The notes beneath the pieces are model-generated. The model did not search any database. It saw only the letters and a program-made list of their open reading frames with translations, and was not told where the DNA came from. Both the position numbers and the translations under genes were made by a program. 64,000 nt of DNA from Bacteroidales bacterium (GTDB lineage: Bacteria > Bacteroidota > Bacteroidia > Bacteroidales > ML635J-15): NCBI GenBank assembly GCA_027858835.1, contig JAQIBY010000102.1, positions 65,918 to 129,917 of the forward strand, given 5' to 3'. Shown here one piece after another: positions 10,706-19,233 of this stretch (positions are counted from its first letter, which is position 1; every line of letters starts with the position of its first letter).

Positions 10706-11376
10706 AAAATAAATCTCAATTATATCATTCGTTACTCGTAGTTTTCAACAGCAAGTTGTGAAAAAAAAATTGCTTTTGCAAATGCAATTCAAACAAAAAC
10801 TGTTCAAAAACTCATAAATTTCATTTTCAGAACTTTAAGGACGAAAAAAAAGTTAAAGATCATTAGACAATCATTTTTAAATACAAACTGTCTTTTTTCA
10901 ATTTCGATTTCTCACCACCTTTTCCATCCCGAAAAAGTTATTAAAAGTACGTTTTTTTTGTCGAGTGACAAAACCGTCTATGAATTTTCCCCTTATTTTA
11001 AATTGTTTTAAAAAAGAAATCCATATCCGATTTTTCATTTGTCAGACTTATTAACAATTTTATCGTTCGAATTGTTAACAATTGCGATTTTTTAGTACGC
11101 ACAAATAAATTTATTTAGTTTCAATAAAAATAAAAATAATTTTCAAAACTCACGCTTTATATCCTCTCGTAATACAGATTCCACCGCAGATTGACGGCAT
11201 TTTCAAAAAAAAATCACACTCACATTTTTGATTTACATTTATGCCTAAAGCCTAAGTGCTTTGGATAAAAGCAAATAAGCGTTTAAAAATGTTAATAAGC
11301 CGTTTTTCATTTCTTAAATTATCTGAAAGCTTTCGCTATATTTGTTAAGTAAAACGTCAAAAAATCGTCAAGACTA
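10706..11376. other. long AT-rich dnaA-upstream intergenic region; weak oriC candidate
   Basis: 671 bp non-coding region next to dnaA. It holds a very AT-rich stretch (11101-11150) and one 8/9 DnaA-box match (TTTGGATAA, 11260-11268). The remaining matches are only 5-6/9, so support is weak. Confidence 0.3.
11337..11344 (+). promoter_or_regulatory. Bacteroidota -7 box (TAnnTTTG) for the LOG operon
   Basis: TATATTTG lies 33 nt upstream of ATG 11377. It is directly preceded by the 10-bp palindrome GAAAGCTTTC (11325-11334). Confidence 0.4.
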
Positions 11377-11949
11377 ATGAATATTTGTGCATTTTGTGGA
11401 TCAAGTGAAGATTTGGATGCAAGCTATTATCATCTTGCAAGCCAATGCGGAGAAATAATCGGAAAATCGGGTCACAATCTAATATATGGAGCTGGGAAGA
11501 TTGGCTTAATGGGGCGACTGGCTCAAAGTACTCGGGATTTTGGCGGGAAAAGCATTGGCATTATTCCGGAAAGGCTCAGAATTGAAGGCGTTGCATCCGA
11601 CATGGATAATGAACAGATAATTACTCCAGATATGAAAACCAGAAAAGATGTAATGCGCAATCGTTCAGATGCATTTCTGGCTTTACCTGGCGGTTTCGGC
11701 ACAATGGAAGAGCTCCTCGAAGTCATCACACTGAAACAATTACAGTATCATAACAAAGCAATTGTACTACTGAATGGCAATGGTTTTTTTGACGAGATGC
11801 TCGTGTTTTTTGAACGGATGTACAAAGAGAATTTTGCCAATCCGTCGTACAGAAAATTGTATCAGGTCGAAAGCAGCCCAGAGAAAGCAATTGCAGCAAT
11901 TGAAAATTATCGTCATGAACACATTTACGACAAGTATCTGAAATCTTAA
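11377..11949 (+). CDS. LOG-family (TIGR00730) nucleotide 5'-monophosphate N-glycosidase
   Basis: Signatures ICAFCGSS, GAGKIGLMG and PGGFGTMEELLEV (PGGxGTxxE motif); 190 aa. Confidence 0.85.
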   Translation: MNICAFCGSSEDLDASYYHLASQCGEIIGKSGHNLIYGAGKIGLMGRLAQSTRDFGGKSIGIIPERLRIEGVASDMDNEQIITPDMKTRKDVMRNRSDAFLALPGGFGTMEELLEVITLKQLQYHNKAIVLLNGNGFFDEMLVFFERMYKENFANPSYRKLYQVESSPEKAIAAIENYRHEHIYDKYLKS

Positions 11950-12458
11950 TGTGGGAGGAGAGCAAACATATTGAAAAGCCAAATCTTAAAGACGCAAAAA
12001 ATGCTTCATTTATTCATTTTGGTGAAAAATCAGCATTGGAAGCTTTTGACAAATGGCTTGAAGATACGAACTATCCCAATTCAATAAAAAAGCGCATAGC
12101 CTTTGTATTTACAGAGATTGCACAAAACCAAAGCAAACATAGTGCAGACAAGCAAAAAAACAAAATCTGGATTATTGACAAAGATTCAATGCTTGAAATT
12201 TTCAGCATCAACCCAATCGATGAAAAGCATATACAATTAATTGAGGATGAATTCAGGCAATATTTACAGCGCTCAACGGAGGAAATAAAGAAAGAGAATC
12301 GTCAACGCATAATAAGCGGAGAAAAAGGAACCGGTCTTTTGCAAATCAAACTTAAAAGCGAAACCGGACCTGAACTTCACTTTATTAAACAAAAAAATCA
12401 AATTAATTTCATACTAAAAACCAGCATCTATGTCAACAATCAAAATGAAAATGGATGA
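11949..12458 (+). CDS. SiaB-like minimal GHKL Ser/Thr kinase (RsbW/SpoIIAB-type) candidate
   Basis: N-box-like FTEIAQNQSKH (E-x3-N-x3-H), glycine-rich segment GEKGTGLLQIK, 169 aa. The ATG overlaps the LOG stop (TAATG) and the gene sits immediately upstream of a DUF1987 gene. Confidence 0.55.
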   Translation: MWEESKHIEKPNLKDAKNASFIHFGEKSALEAFDKWLEDTNYPNSIKKRIAFVFTEIAQNQSKHSADKQKNKIWIIDKDSMLEIFSINPIDEKHIQLIEDEFRQYLQRSTEEIKKENRQRIISGEKGTGLLQIKLKSETGPELHFIKQKNQINFILKTSIYVNNQNENG

Positions 12459-12795
12459 GTATAGTCCACAGGTGAGTTTTGACAAGCACTCAAGTCGTCT
12501 GAATATTTCAGGAAGATCTGTGCAAGAAAATCCTGAACCATGGTACGCTGAGTTATTGGAGAAAATATTGGAAGAAATATCGAACAATAATATTTCATCA
12601 ATCCGTTTTTTATTGGATTACTTTAACACAGCATCAGCAAAACAATTATACAGATTATTGCAAAACATTTTAAAATCATCTAACTCAATGGAAATTATTT
12701 GGGCATATGAACCAGATGATGAAGACATGAAAGAAGCAGGAGAAGATTTTCAGGGAATGCTTGAAGCGACATTTCAATTTGAAGAAGCGAAGTGA
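12430..12795 (+). CDS. SiaC-like DUF1987 regulatory protein
   Basis: DUF1987 pattern: YSPQVSFD, LNISGRSVQENPEPWY, LLDYFNTASAKQLY, acidic C-terminus. Alternative ATGs at 12445 and 12451; all overlap the end of the upstream ORF. Confidence 0.7.
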   Translation: MSTIKMKMDEYSPQVSFDKHSSRLNISGRSVQENPEPWYAELLEKILEEISNNNISSIRFLLDYFNTASAKQLYRLLQNILKSSNSMEIIWAYEPDDEDMKEAGEDFQGMLEATFQFEEAK

Positions 12796-12796
12796 A

Positions 12797-12873
12797 CAGG
12801 TGTCAGGTGTCAGGACCTAGGTGCTAGGTGCCAGCCATGCCAAATGGGCACGCAGGCGGGCTGGGGTGCTAGG
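12797..12873. repeat. GC-rich short tandem repeats plus small hairpins
   Basis: CAGGTGT CAGGTGT CAGG (12797-12814), CTAGGTG CTAGGTG (12817-12830), third GGTGCTAGG copy at 12865-12873. Stem CCAGCC/GGCTGG (12831-12836/12859-12864) encloses TGCC/GGCA (12838-12841/12847-12850). Confidence 0.6.
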
Positions 12874-12904
12874 ATATAGGGAATTGTACTAAACGGGAAG
12901 CTGT

Positions 12905-13131
12905 CTGCTGAATTTCCAACAGATTTCTCTGGATGTCCACTTCATTACGTTCCATCCGTCAAAAGCCTGATCGAGATCGATGACAATTTTTAGCAGTGTG
13001 TTTTGAAAAAAGGGCGATGATATTTTGCTTAAACCACATGGTGTCATCGCCCTTTTTCCCATCTTGCAAAGTAAAATGTCATTTCGAACCCCGATGTAAG
13101 AGTGGGTGAGAAATCTGTTAGAAAATTACAG
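12905..13131. repeat. imperfect long inverted repeat enclosing a terminator hairpin
   Basis: Left arm 12905-12929 and the reverse complement of 13108-13131 share a perfect 12-bp core (AACAGATTTCTC / GAGAAATCTGTT) and about 21 of 25 positions with one gap. Weaker similarity continues inward for about 20 nt. Confidence 0.55.
13006..13057. terminator. bidirectional intrinsic-terminator-like hairpin between convergent genes
   Basis: Perfect 9-bp stem GGGCGATGA/TCATCGCCC (13012-13020/13044-13052), flanked by an A-run (13006-13011) and a T-run (13053-13057). The loop is long at 23 nt. Confidence 0.5.
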
Positions 13132-13168
13132 ATCCCTTTATATTGTGTTTCCAAATGCTTGATAAAGA

Positions 13169-15478
13169 TTAATCAATCCCGCGCTCATTAAATAATATGT
13201 ATCCGAAGTGAAATAAGAAAAACCATTTTTCCCTTTCCTCATCATAATAATTAATACTAAATGAAACAGGACCAACGGGAGAATGGAAAACCAAATTTGC
13301 ATTTGCCATAAAATGAATGTTTGCCTGACTCGATTCATAATAAGGTGTAAATACTTGCGGTTCAGACTCTTCAAAATTTATTTTCCAAAATGGAATAAAG
13401 GAATAACCCTCCAGTCTTAAACTCAGATTATCCGTAAAGCGAACAATTTGCTTGACACCAAAAGCTGTATAAGCATTTGCTCTAAAATTTTTTAAGAAAA
13501 GTGTTTGAGAATGTGGGGTAGGCGAAAATGCACTTGAAGACAACAAACTGGAAATATAATTACGATAAAAGCTTTTATCTGATGCGACAAGCTCTACTGA
13601 TGTTCCAATCGCATAATAATTATTGATCTGATGATACCTGTCATGATGCATATTCAGCAAAAAATACCCATGTTGATTTCCAGAAGCTTGTTGTTGCGCT
13701 GAAGTTGTGCCCGGGTAATGATTTTCTTTTCCTCGAATGTAACGCAAATCAATTCGATCAAACAAACCGGCTGTCGGATACATTTTGTGATTTAAAGTTT
13801 TTCGCTCAAAACGTACGTGAGCAGTGACCAAATCAAATTTTGTAATATCTGCAGTATCCGTTTGCAAAAAGTTATTGGTTTGGTAATATTCATCTGACAT
13901 GCGGGCATATGCACCACCAAACTCAAGTTTCGATTTGGGACCGGTTGAAAACCCAAAATCAAATCTCAGATTATTTTCATTTTGAATAAGATAAGATGGG
14001 GTGGCATCAAGAAATAACAATCGGGGATTAGTTTTAAAGAAATCCCACCGATTATAAGTTAAACTAGATTGCAAATAAAAAGGTAATTTCCCGGCAAAAT
14101 CGATACGATACAATCCCTGAAACGAAGTGTAAAGTCTTCCGAAATGTATATTGGCATGCAGATAATTTGCCCGACGCTTTAACAGTTTATACTCAAGGCC
14201 AATAAAACCCTGATTCACAGAAGATGAAGATACATTTGCTCCAAACATTACATGGTATGGTTTTTCTAATTTCACCTGCAAATGCAAATCAAAGAAACCA
14301 GTTTCTTTATTGAATACTGCAACCGGCAAGGCAGATTCAATATGATTATCAGCAATTAAGCGATAGTAGGCGGTTTCTAATTCATCAAAATCCAGCAGTT
14401 TTTTATCTTGTTTCAAGCTTTTTCTGATGTAAGATTTCTGCTGCACATCAACCCCTTCAATATATATGTTATCGACAAGAAACTCGGGCAAAGGTTTTTG
14501 AAAGGCTTTTCTCGCAGAAGTAAGGGAATCTATTGATGTCCTTCGTGAGATTCGTCCTTTAATTGAATCCATCAATAATAGTGTGCTATTGTATCCCACT
14601 TCATGGAGAAAATCTAATTTGTGAAAATCCAATAAAGAAATGTTTGCAAAATCATTGGCAATCAGGATCCCATGCTCAGGCGCAATTTCGTAACTGGTAT
14701 TTACAGCCATTATCATATTTTCAATCTGCTCCAGCACTTGGTCTTCTCGTGGCTTTTGAGTTACGGATGCTACTTTGCTACCGATAATTACATCAGGACT
14801 AAACTCTTCACGCATCACATCTTCAGGGAAATTATTCACTATACCACCATCAAATAATAAGTTCCCATCAATGCTGATTGGACGAAAATAAAAAGGAAAT
14901 GTCATGGATGCTCTGACAGACATCCCCAAATCGCCGTCTTTCAGCATTACTCCACGATTATTGTACACATCCGTAGCCATGCAACGAAAAGGGACAAACA
15001 AATTGTCAAAATCATAATCTGCAAGTGCTGAATACCGCGTAAATATTTTGAGAAAAGCCAAATCCATAGGCTGAGTCGCTACCAAATTGGTCGGCAGTAT
15101 AAAACTCAATGTTGAATCGACCTGATCAAGGCTCAAGCTCAACATATCAGATTTCTCATCGTATCGCTTATAATAAAAAGTATATTTGTCGTTAATTTCC
15201 CCATTGTACCATTCGAAAAACTCATCACTACGAAAAATATCCTCCATTTCATCCGGAGAAAACCCCATAGCATACATCGAACCAATAATTGCACCAATGG
15301 AAGTACCGGTAATGTAATCAATTGGAATTTCATTTTCTTCTAAGGCACGAATCACACCAATATGCGCCAAACCTTTTGCGCCGCCGCCACTAAGAACCAA
15401 ACCGACAGATTGTGCTTGCGCAACTGAAAGAAGCGTGAAACACAAAACAAACACCCATATTTTTTTTACTAATCCCAT
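13169..15478 (-). CDS. patatin-like phospholipase with C-terminal Omp85/BamA-type beta-barrel region
   Basis: Signal peptide, patatin glycine-rich motif (GLVLSGGGAKGLAHIG), nucleophile elbow GTSIG, Asp motif (LFDGGIVNNFP). The long C-terminal half is rich in beta-strand-like Y/F/G repeats and ends in an aromatic-rich segment. Confidence 0.8.
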   Translation of the reverse strand: MGLVKKIWVFVLCFTLLSVAQAQSVGLVLSGGGAKGLAHIGVIRALEENEIPIDYITGTSIGAIIGSMYAMGFSPDEMEDIFRSDEFFEWYNGEINDKYTFYYKRYDEKSDMLSLSLDQVDSTLSFILPTNLVATQPMDLAFLKIFTRYSALADYDFDNLFVPFRCMATDVYNNRGVMLKDGDLGMSVRASMTFPFYFRPISIDGNLLFDGGIVNNFPEDVMREEFSPDVIIGSKVASVTQKPREDQVLEQIENMIMAVNTSYEIAPEHGILIANDFANISLLDFHKLDFLHEVGYNSTLLLMDSIKGRISRRTSIDSLTSARKAFQKPLPEFLVDNIYIEGVDVQQKSYIRKSLKQDKKLLDFDELETAYYRLIADNHIESALPVAVFNKETGFFDLHLQVKLEKPYHVMFGANVSSSSVNQGFIGLEYKLLKRRANYLHANIHFGRLYTSFQGLYRIDFAGKLPFYLQSSLTYNRWDFFKTNPRLLFLDATPSYLIQNENNLRFDFGFSTGPKSKLEFGGAYARMSDEYYQTNNFLQTDTADITKFDLVTAHVRFERKTLNHKMYPTAGLFDRIDLRYIRGKENHYPGTTSAQQQASGNQHGYFLLNMHHDRYHQINNYYAIGTSVELVASDKSFYRNYISSLLSSSAFSPTPHSQTLFLKNFRANAYTAFGVKQIVRFTDNLSLRLEGYSFIPFWKINFEESEPQVFTPYYESSQANIHFMANANLVFHSPVGPVSFSINYYDEEREKWFFLFHFGYILFNERGID

Positions 15479-15577
15479 ATTGACTCTTACAAAATTAGCA
15501 ATTTCTTTGATAATTTAACAAAAAAACACATAAAAAATTGTCATTTTTCTAAGCTTTATTTTGATTTGTTTCTAATC

Positions 15578-15597
15578 TTTTTGTATATTTACAAAAA
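15578..15597. promoter_or_regulatory. perfect palindromic operator candidate (TTTTTGTA-tatt-TACAAAAA)
   Basis: 8+8 inverted repeat with a 4-nt spacer. It ends 10 nt upstream of the ATG of the XRE/S24 repressor gene, in the 128-bp region shared with the divergent patatin gene. Confidence 0.55.
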
Positions 15598-15606
15598 ATT
15601 TGCATT

Positions 15607-16404
15607 ATGTATTTAAGCGCTAACATAAAATTTTTACGACGCAGAAAACACCGCACTCAAGGAGAACTTGCAGATGAGTTGCAGTTAAAACGCCCGACTT
15701 TAAGCGGATACGAAAACCAGGTTTCAGAACCGGATTTACAGACATTGGTCAAATTTTCACAATATTTTCGAATTCCGATTGATTATTTGATTAAAGAAAA
15801 TTTGGCAGAATACTCAGAACGGGAAATTCAGCGATTAGAAGCCGACTCGGAAGAAAACATGAAAGGTCGCTCAATTCGGATTCTTACCAGCACGGTAAGC
15901 TCAGAAAACGAAGACAATATTGAGCTTGTTCCCGACAAGGCGAAAGCAGGTTACACAAGAGGTTATGCCGACCCTGAATACATTCGTGAGTTGCCGAATT
16001 TTCAACTTCCGTTTTTATCTCGTGACAGAAAATATCGCAGTTTTCAGATTAGTGGAGACTCCATGAAACCCATTCCGCATGGTGCATGGATTACCGGCGA
16101 GTTTGTACAAAATTGGTTAGCAATAAAAAATGGTCAAGCCGCAATTATTCTTACAAAAGATGATGGCTTAGTTTTTAAAATTATCGAAAACCAATTAAAA
16201 GACAAGAAAGAGTTGGTATTGCATTCGCTCAATCCAGATTACAAAACCTATATTTTAAAAGCTGAAGAAATCATGGAAATTTGGAAATTCGTGAATTATA
16301 TCAGCCCTGAAATGCCGGAAGCCCTGCCACCGGATATTGAACTCCACAAAGCAGTTGCCAATTTACAGCAAGATATGGATGAGATAAAAAGACAATTAAA
16401 GTAA
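15607..16404 (+). CDS. XRE-type HTH / S24 peptidase repressor (non-canonical LexA-like or CI-like)
   Basis: N-terminal HTH (RTQGELADELQLKRPTLSGYENQ), Ala-Gly in the linker (KAKAGY), S24 catalytic Ser context (ISGDSMKP) and a downstream Lys (ILTKDDGLVFK). Confidence 0.85.
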   Translation: MYLSANIKFLRRRKHRTQGELADELQLKRPTLSGYENQVSEPDLQTLVKFSQYFRIPIDYLIKENLAEYSEREIQRLEADSEENMKGRSIRILTSTVSSENEDNIELVPDKAKAGYTRGYADPEYIRELPNFQLPFLSRDRKYRSFQISGDSMKPIPHGAWITGEFVQNWLAIKNGQAAIILTKDDGLVFKIIENQLKDKKELVLHSLNPDYKTYILKAEEIMEIWKFVNYISPEMPEALPPDIELHKAVANLQQDMDEIKRQLK

Positions 16405-16405
16405 A

Positions 16406-17272
16406 TTAATCCAAATCAAACTGTACGTTCACCGGCTTAACGGTATATCCTTTTTTGCGAAGCAAAGCGATAACCCCCTCATCACCGACGAGATGAGCAG
16501 CTCCAAATGCAGCAAATACAGATTGTTTTTTCATGATTTTCCGAACTGCTTTTGCCATGCCGTAATTTCTGCTGACAAGCAATTCTTCGCCGAATTCTTT
16601 GGGGAGTGCCGTATCCTGCATTAACACATGCATCGCTTTTAAATCTTGAGTAATGTAAGCATCTACAAGCTTTGTCATTTGTTCACCAACATGATTGTCA
16701 TAATCTTCCAGTCCATCCAACAACATGCTCACTTGATCCTCAACACTCATTTTATCAATTGCACCAATTTGATCAGATATCTCTTCCAACGCAATGACAT
16801 TCAATTCCATTTTTCTCGCGGTATCAATAAAATGCATATCCAAGGCCATGGGCATATCTTTTGGTAAATCCATTTGCATCAATTGTGATGAAAGAAAAAA
16901 TGGCTTCATTTTGGCAAACATGGCAACCGATTGTCCTGTTTTTACTTTGACAACAGAATCCAACATGGCATATTCAGCTTCAGTCATGTAATCTTTTAAC
17001 AGCCCTTCTTTCAGAAACATTTGTTCCTTCATGGCTTCAACATCAATCTCATCAATAATTAATTCCACCGCCAAGGCGTCGCATGATTTCAGTTTTTCAT
17101 AAACGATTTCATCAAAAGCAAAAACGCGCTTATCCTGAATATGTACAGTACCGTATAGATAGGAGGTTTTCTTATTCTTTTTGCTCACCTCCCATAAGAG
17201 GGACTTTTCCTGTGCAAAGGAAGCGATTATAAATCCGGCAAAAATAAAGGCAAAGGCAAGTGTTTTTTTCAT
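16406..17272 (-). CDS. TraB/GumN-family protein
   Basis: Signal peptide plus the family N-terminal motif (SLLWEVSKKNKKTSYLYGTVHIQD) and C-terminal AFGAAHLVGDEGV. Confidence 0.8.
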   Translation of the reverse strand: MKKTLAFAFIFAGFIIASFAQEKSLLWEVSKKNKKTSYLYGTVHIQDKRVFAFDEIVYEKLKSCDALAVELIIDEIDVEAMKEQMFLKEGLLKDYMTEAEYAMLDSVVKVKTGQSVAMFAKMKPFFLSSQLMQMDLPKDMPMALDMHFIDTARKMELNVIALEEISDQIGAIDKMSVEDQVSMLLDGLEDYDNHVGEQMTKLVDAYITQDLKAMHVLMQDTALPKEFGEELLVSRNYGMAKAVRKIMKKQSVFAAFGAAHLVGDEGVIALLRKKGYTVKPVNVQFDLD

Positions 17273-17364
17273 AATTCAGTTTTTTAATGACTTGAACTAC
17301 AAACATAAAAAAACTGCAACACCAAATGGCATTGCAGTTTAAAAATTATCTTAAAATCCAAAAA

Positions 17365-19026
17365 TTAACCCTGTCCTGATTCTCCAACTTCACTAGAAGG
17401 TAATTCAAGACCATAACCTTGCTTTTTATCTGCTGCTTTCAATTTATAAGCAAGGAAAATAGAAATAACACCGCAAGCTACAAGTATTAATATTGGAATA
17501 GTGTACTCATAAACGGGATATTCCCCAATCTCTTTAAGGCTCAACACCTTAGAAGCAATTTCACTATCTGTCAAACCCTTAGCATTTAAACTTTCGCTTA
17601 AAGCTAAACGCTCTGCAACTACAGATGGATTTACTTTTTGAAGTAAAGCTCCAATACCCCAGAAGAACAAACCTAAACCCCAATTTTGTATTGTAAACAT
17701 AGAGGCATATGCTGTTCCAAGTCGTTTTTGAGGGACAATCTTAGCCACAGATGGCCACATAGCAGCAGGCACCAATGAAAAGGCAATCCCAAGTGACAAT
17801 AGACCAAAATAAGCAAGGAAAACACTATTGAAAACCGACAATGAAATATGCGCAAAAATCAACAATAAAGACCCTAAAATCATTAAGGAAGCTGCTTTAC
17901 CATTTTTATCAACATAGTTTCCAAAAATAGGAGTAAAAATAATGGTTCCTAATGGTATTAAACTAGCCGTTTTTGAACCGTTATTAAACCAAATAGCGAA
18001 TGTGTCTTTCAAAAGATAAGCAAACATGGCAAAAGACCCTACAATAATGACTAAGGAAAGTACCTTTTTTGACATGTTTTTAATTTTGGAAGGAACAATA
18101 GAAAATAATAATGCATAAATAAATAAGCCAATGTAAATAACTGCTGTACCAAACGCGGTGCTCCCATTAATTTGAAATCCACCCTCTGGCAATATAGATG
18201 TAAAATTAAATTTATTAATCAGCAAATCAGGTGCATACTGAATAAAAGGAAATACTGCTGCATAAAAAGACAAGCATAATAGAGCAATATATATGAATGA
18301 TTGATTCTTTAGCAATTTAAAGAGATCTGAAAACTTAAACTCATCGTCTTCAGAAGATTCAGACGCATTTGTACTTTTAACTTTTTTAAGCTGTCTATCT
18401 AATTTAACGTCAAAGAAAACATAGATAACAAACATAATAAATGCGACTCCAAGTAAAGCTGCAGCAAAAGTAACTGCCGGAGGAACAGTGCCAGAAATAT
18501 CGGGAGACAAAGCAATTCCCATAGCAGAACCTAACCGTCCAAATCCCATATTAATAGCCATTGCTAAAGCTAACTCGTAGCCTTTAAACCACTTGACCAT
18601 AGTCGTTGTAGCCACCACGCAAACAACCTCCAATCCTGAACCAAATAGAATACGACCAATTATCATAAATGTTAATTGAGTATCATGATCAGCTCCAAAA
18701 AAACCAGAAGCAGCCATTGCTGTTATTGCGCCTCCCAGAACGGCTAAAGCACCAAAAGCAAGGCCGGCAACTCTGACACCCCACTTATCTAAAATCATAC
18801 CTCCAACGATAATCATACCAAACATATTGGCAATGGTTGTCATACCAATTAATCGTCCAAATTCTTCACTTGTAAATCCCATTTGGGATTCCATTAAACC
18901 CTTTAATCCAGAAAAGAAATCTTGAAACCAATAGGTAGCTAACATTAAACCACTAACCAGTAGTAATGCTAACCAACGCATAGCAACAGAATCTTTCATC
19001 GTTTTTTTATCAACTGTCATATTCAT
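17365..19026 (-). CDS. MFS transporter (unknown substrate) with a long acidic central loop
   Basis: Two six-helix halves separated by a charged loop (KKVKSTNASESSEDDEFKFSD); 553 aa. Confidence 0.75.
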   Translation of the reverse strand: MNMTVDKKTMKDSVAMRWLALLLVSGLMLATYWFQDFFSGLKGLMESQMGFTSEEFGRLIGMTTIANMFGMIIVGGMILDKWGVRVAGLAFGALAVLGGAITAMAASGFFGADHDTQLTFMIIGRILFGSGLEVVCVVATTTMVKWFKGYELALAMAINMGFGRLGSAMGIALSPDISGTVPPAVTFAAALLGVAFIMFVIYVFFDVKLDRQLKKVKSTNASESSEDDEFKFSDLFKLLKNQSFIYIALLCLSFYAAVFPFIQYAPDLLINKFNFTSILPEGGFQINGSTAFGTAVIYIGLFIYALLFSIVPSKIKNMSKKVLSLVIIVGSFAMFAYLLKDTFAIWFNNGSKTASLIPLGTIIFTPIFGNYVDKNGKAASLMILGSLLLIFAHISLSVFNSVFLAYFGLLSLGIAFSLVPAAMWPSVAKIVPQKRLGTAYASMFTIQNWGLGLFFWGIGALLQKVNPSVVAERLALSESLNAKGLTDSEIASKVLSLKEIGEYPVYEYTIPILILVACGVISIFLAYKLKAADKKQGYGLELPSSEVGESGQG

Positions 19027-19233
19027 ATAGCACTTAATTTAGATTGTTATTTAAATAATTGGTAATTCGCAAATGTAGTTTTTTTCATTAATAATGGCAA
19101 TCCATTTTAAAAAAAATACAAATAAATTGAGAAAATTTGAATTTGTAGCACTAAGTAACGTTTTAAAACTAGCATGTAAAGTTAAAAATAATAAAACCGG
19201 TGGTTTTGATGCGGACTGTGTCTGCAAGTGTTC

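Noticed and set aside
13081-13100. TTCGAACCCC-like string as a tRNA 3' fragment marking an integration site
   Set aside because: Only a short resemblance to a T-arm. There is no acceptor stem, no CCA context and no mobile genes adjacent. It is better explained as part of the repeated GC hairpin motif.
12905-13131. Phase-variable invertible promoter (inverton) flanked by the inverted repeats
   Set aside because: The segment lies between two convergent gene 3' ends rather than upstream of a gene. It contains a terminator rather than a TAnnTTTG promoter box, and no site-specific recombinase gene is in the window. It is kept only as a low-probability alternative in the finding.
15607-16404. XRE/S24 repressor as the marker of a prophage or integrative element
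   Set aside because: No integrase, excisionase, phage structural or replication genes, att-like repeats or tRNA target are nearby. The flanks are conserved-type chromosomal genes (patatin/Omp85, TraB/GumN, MFS).
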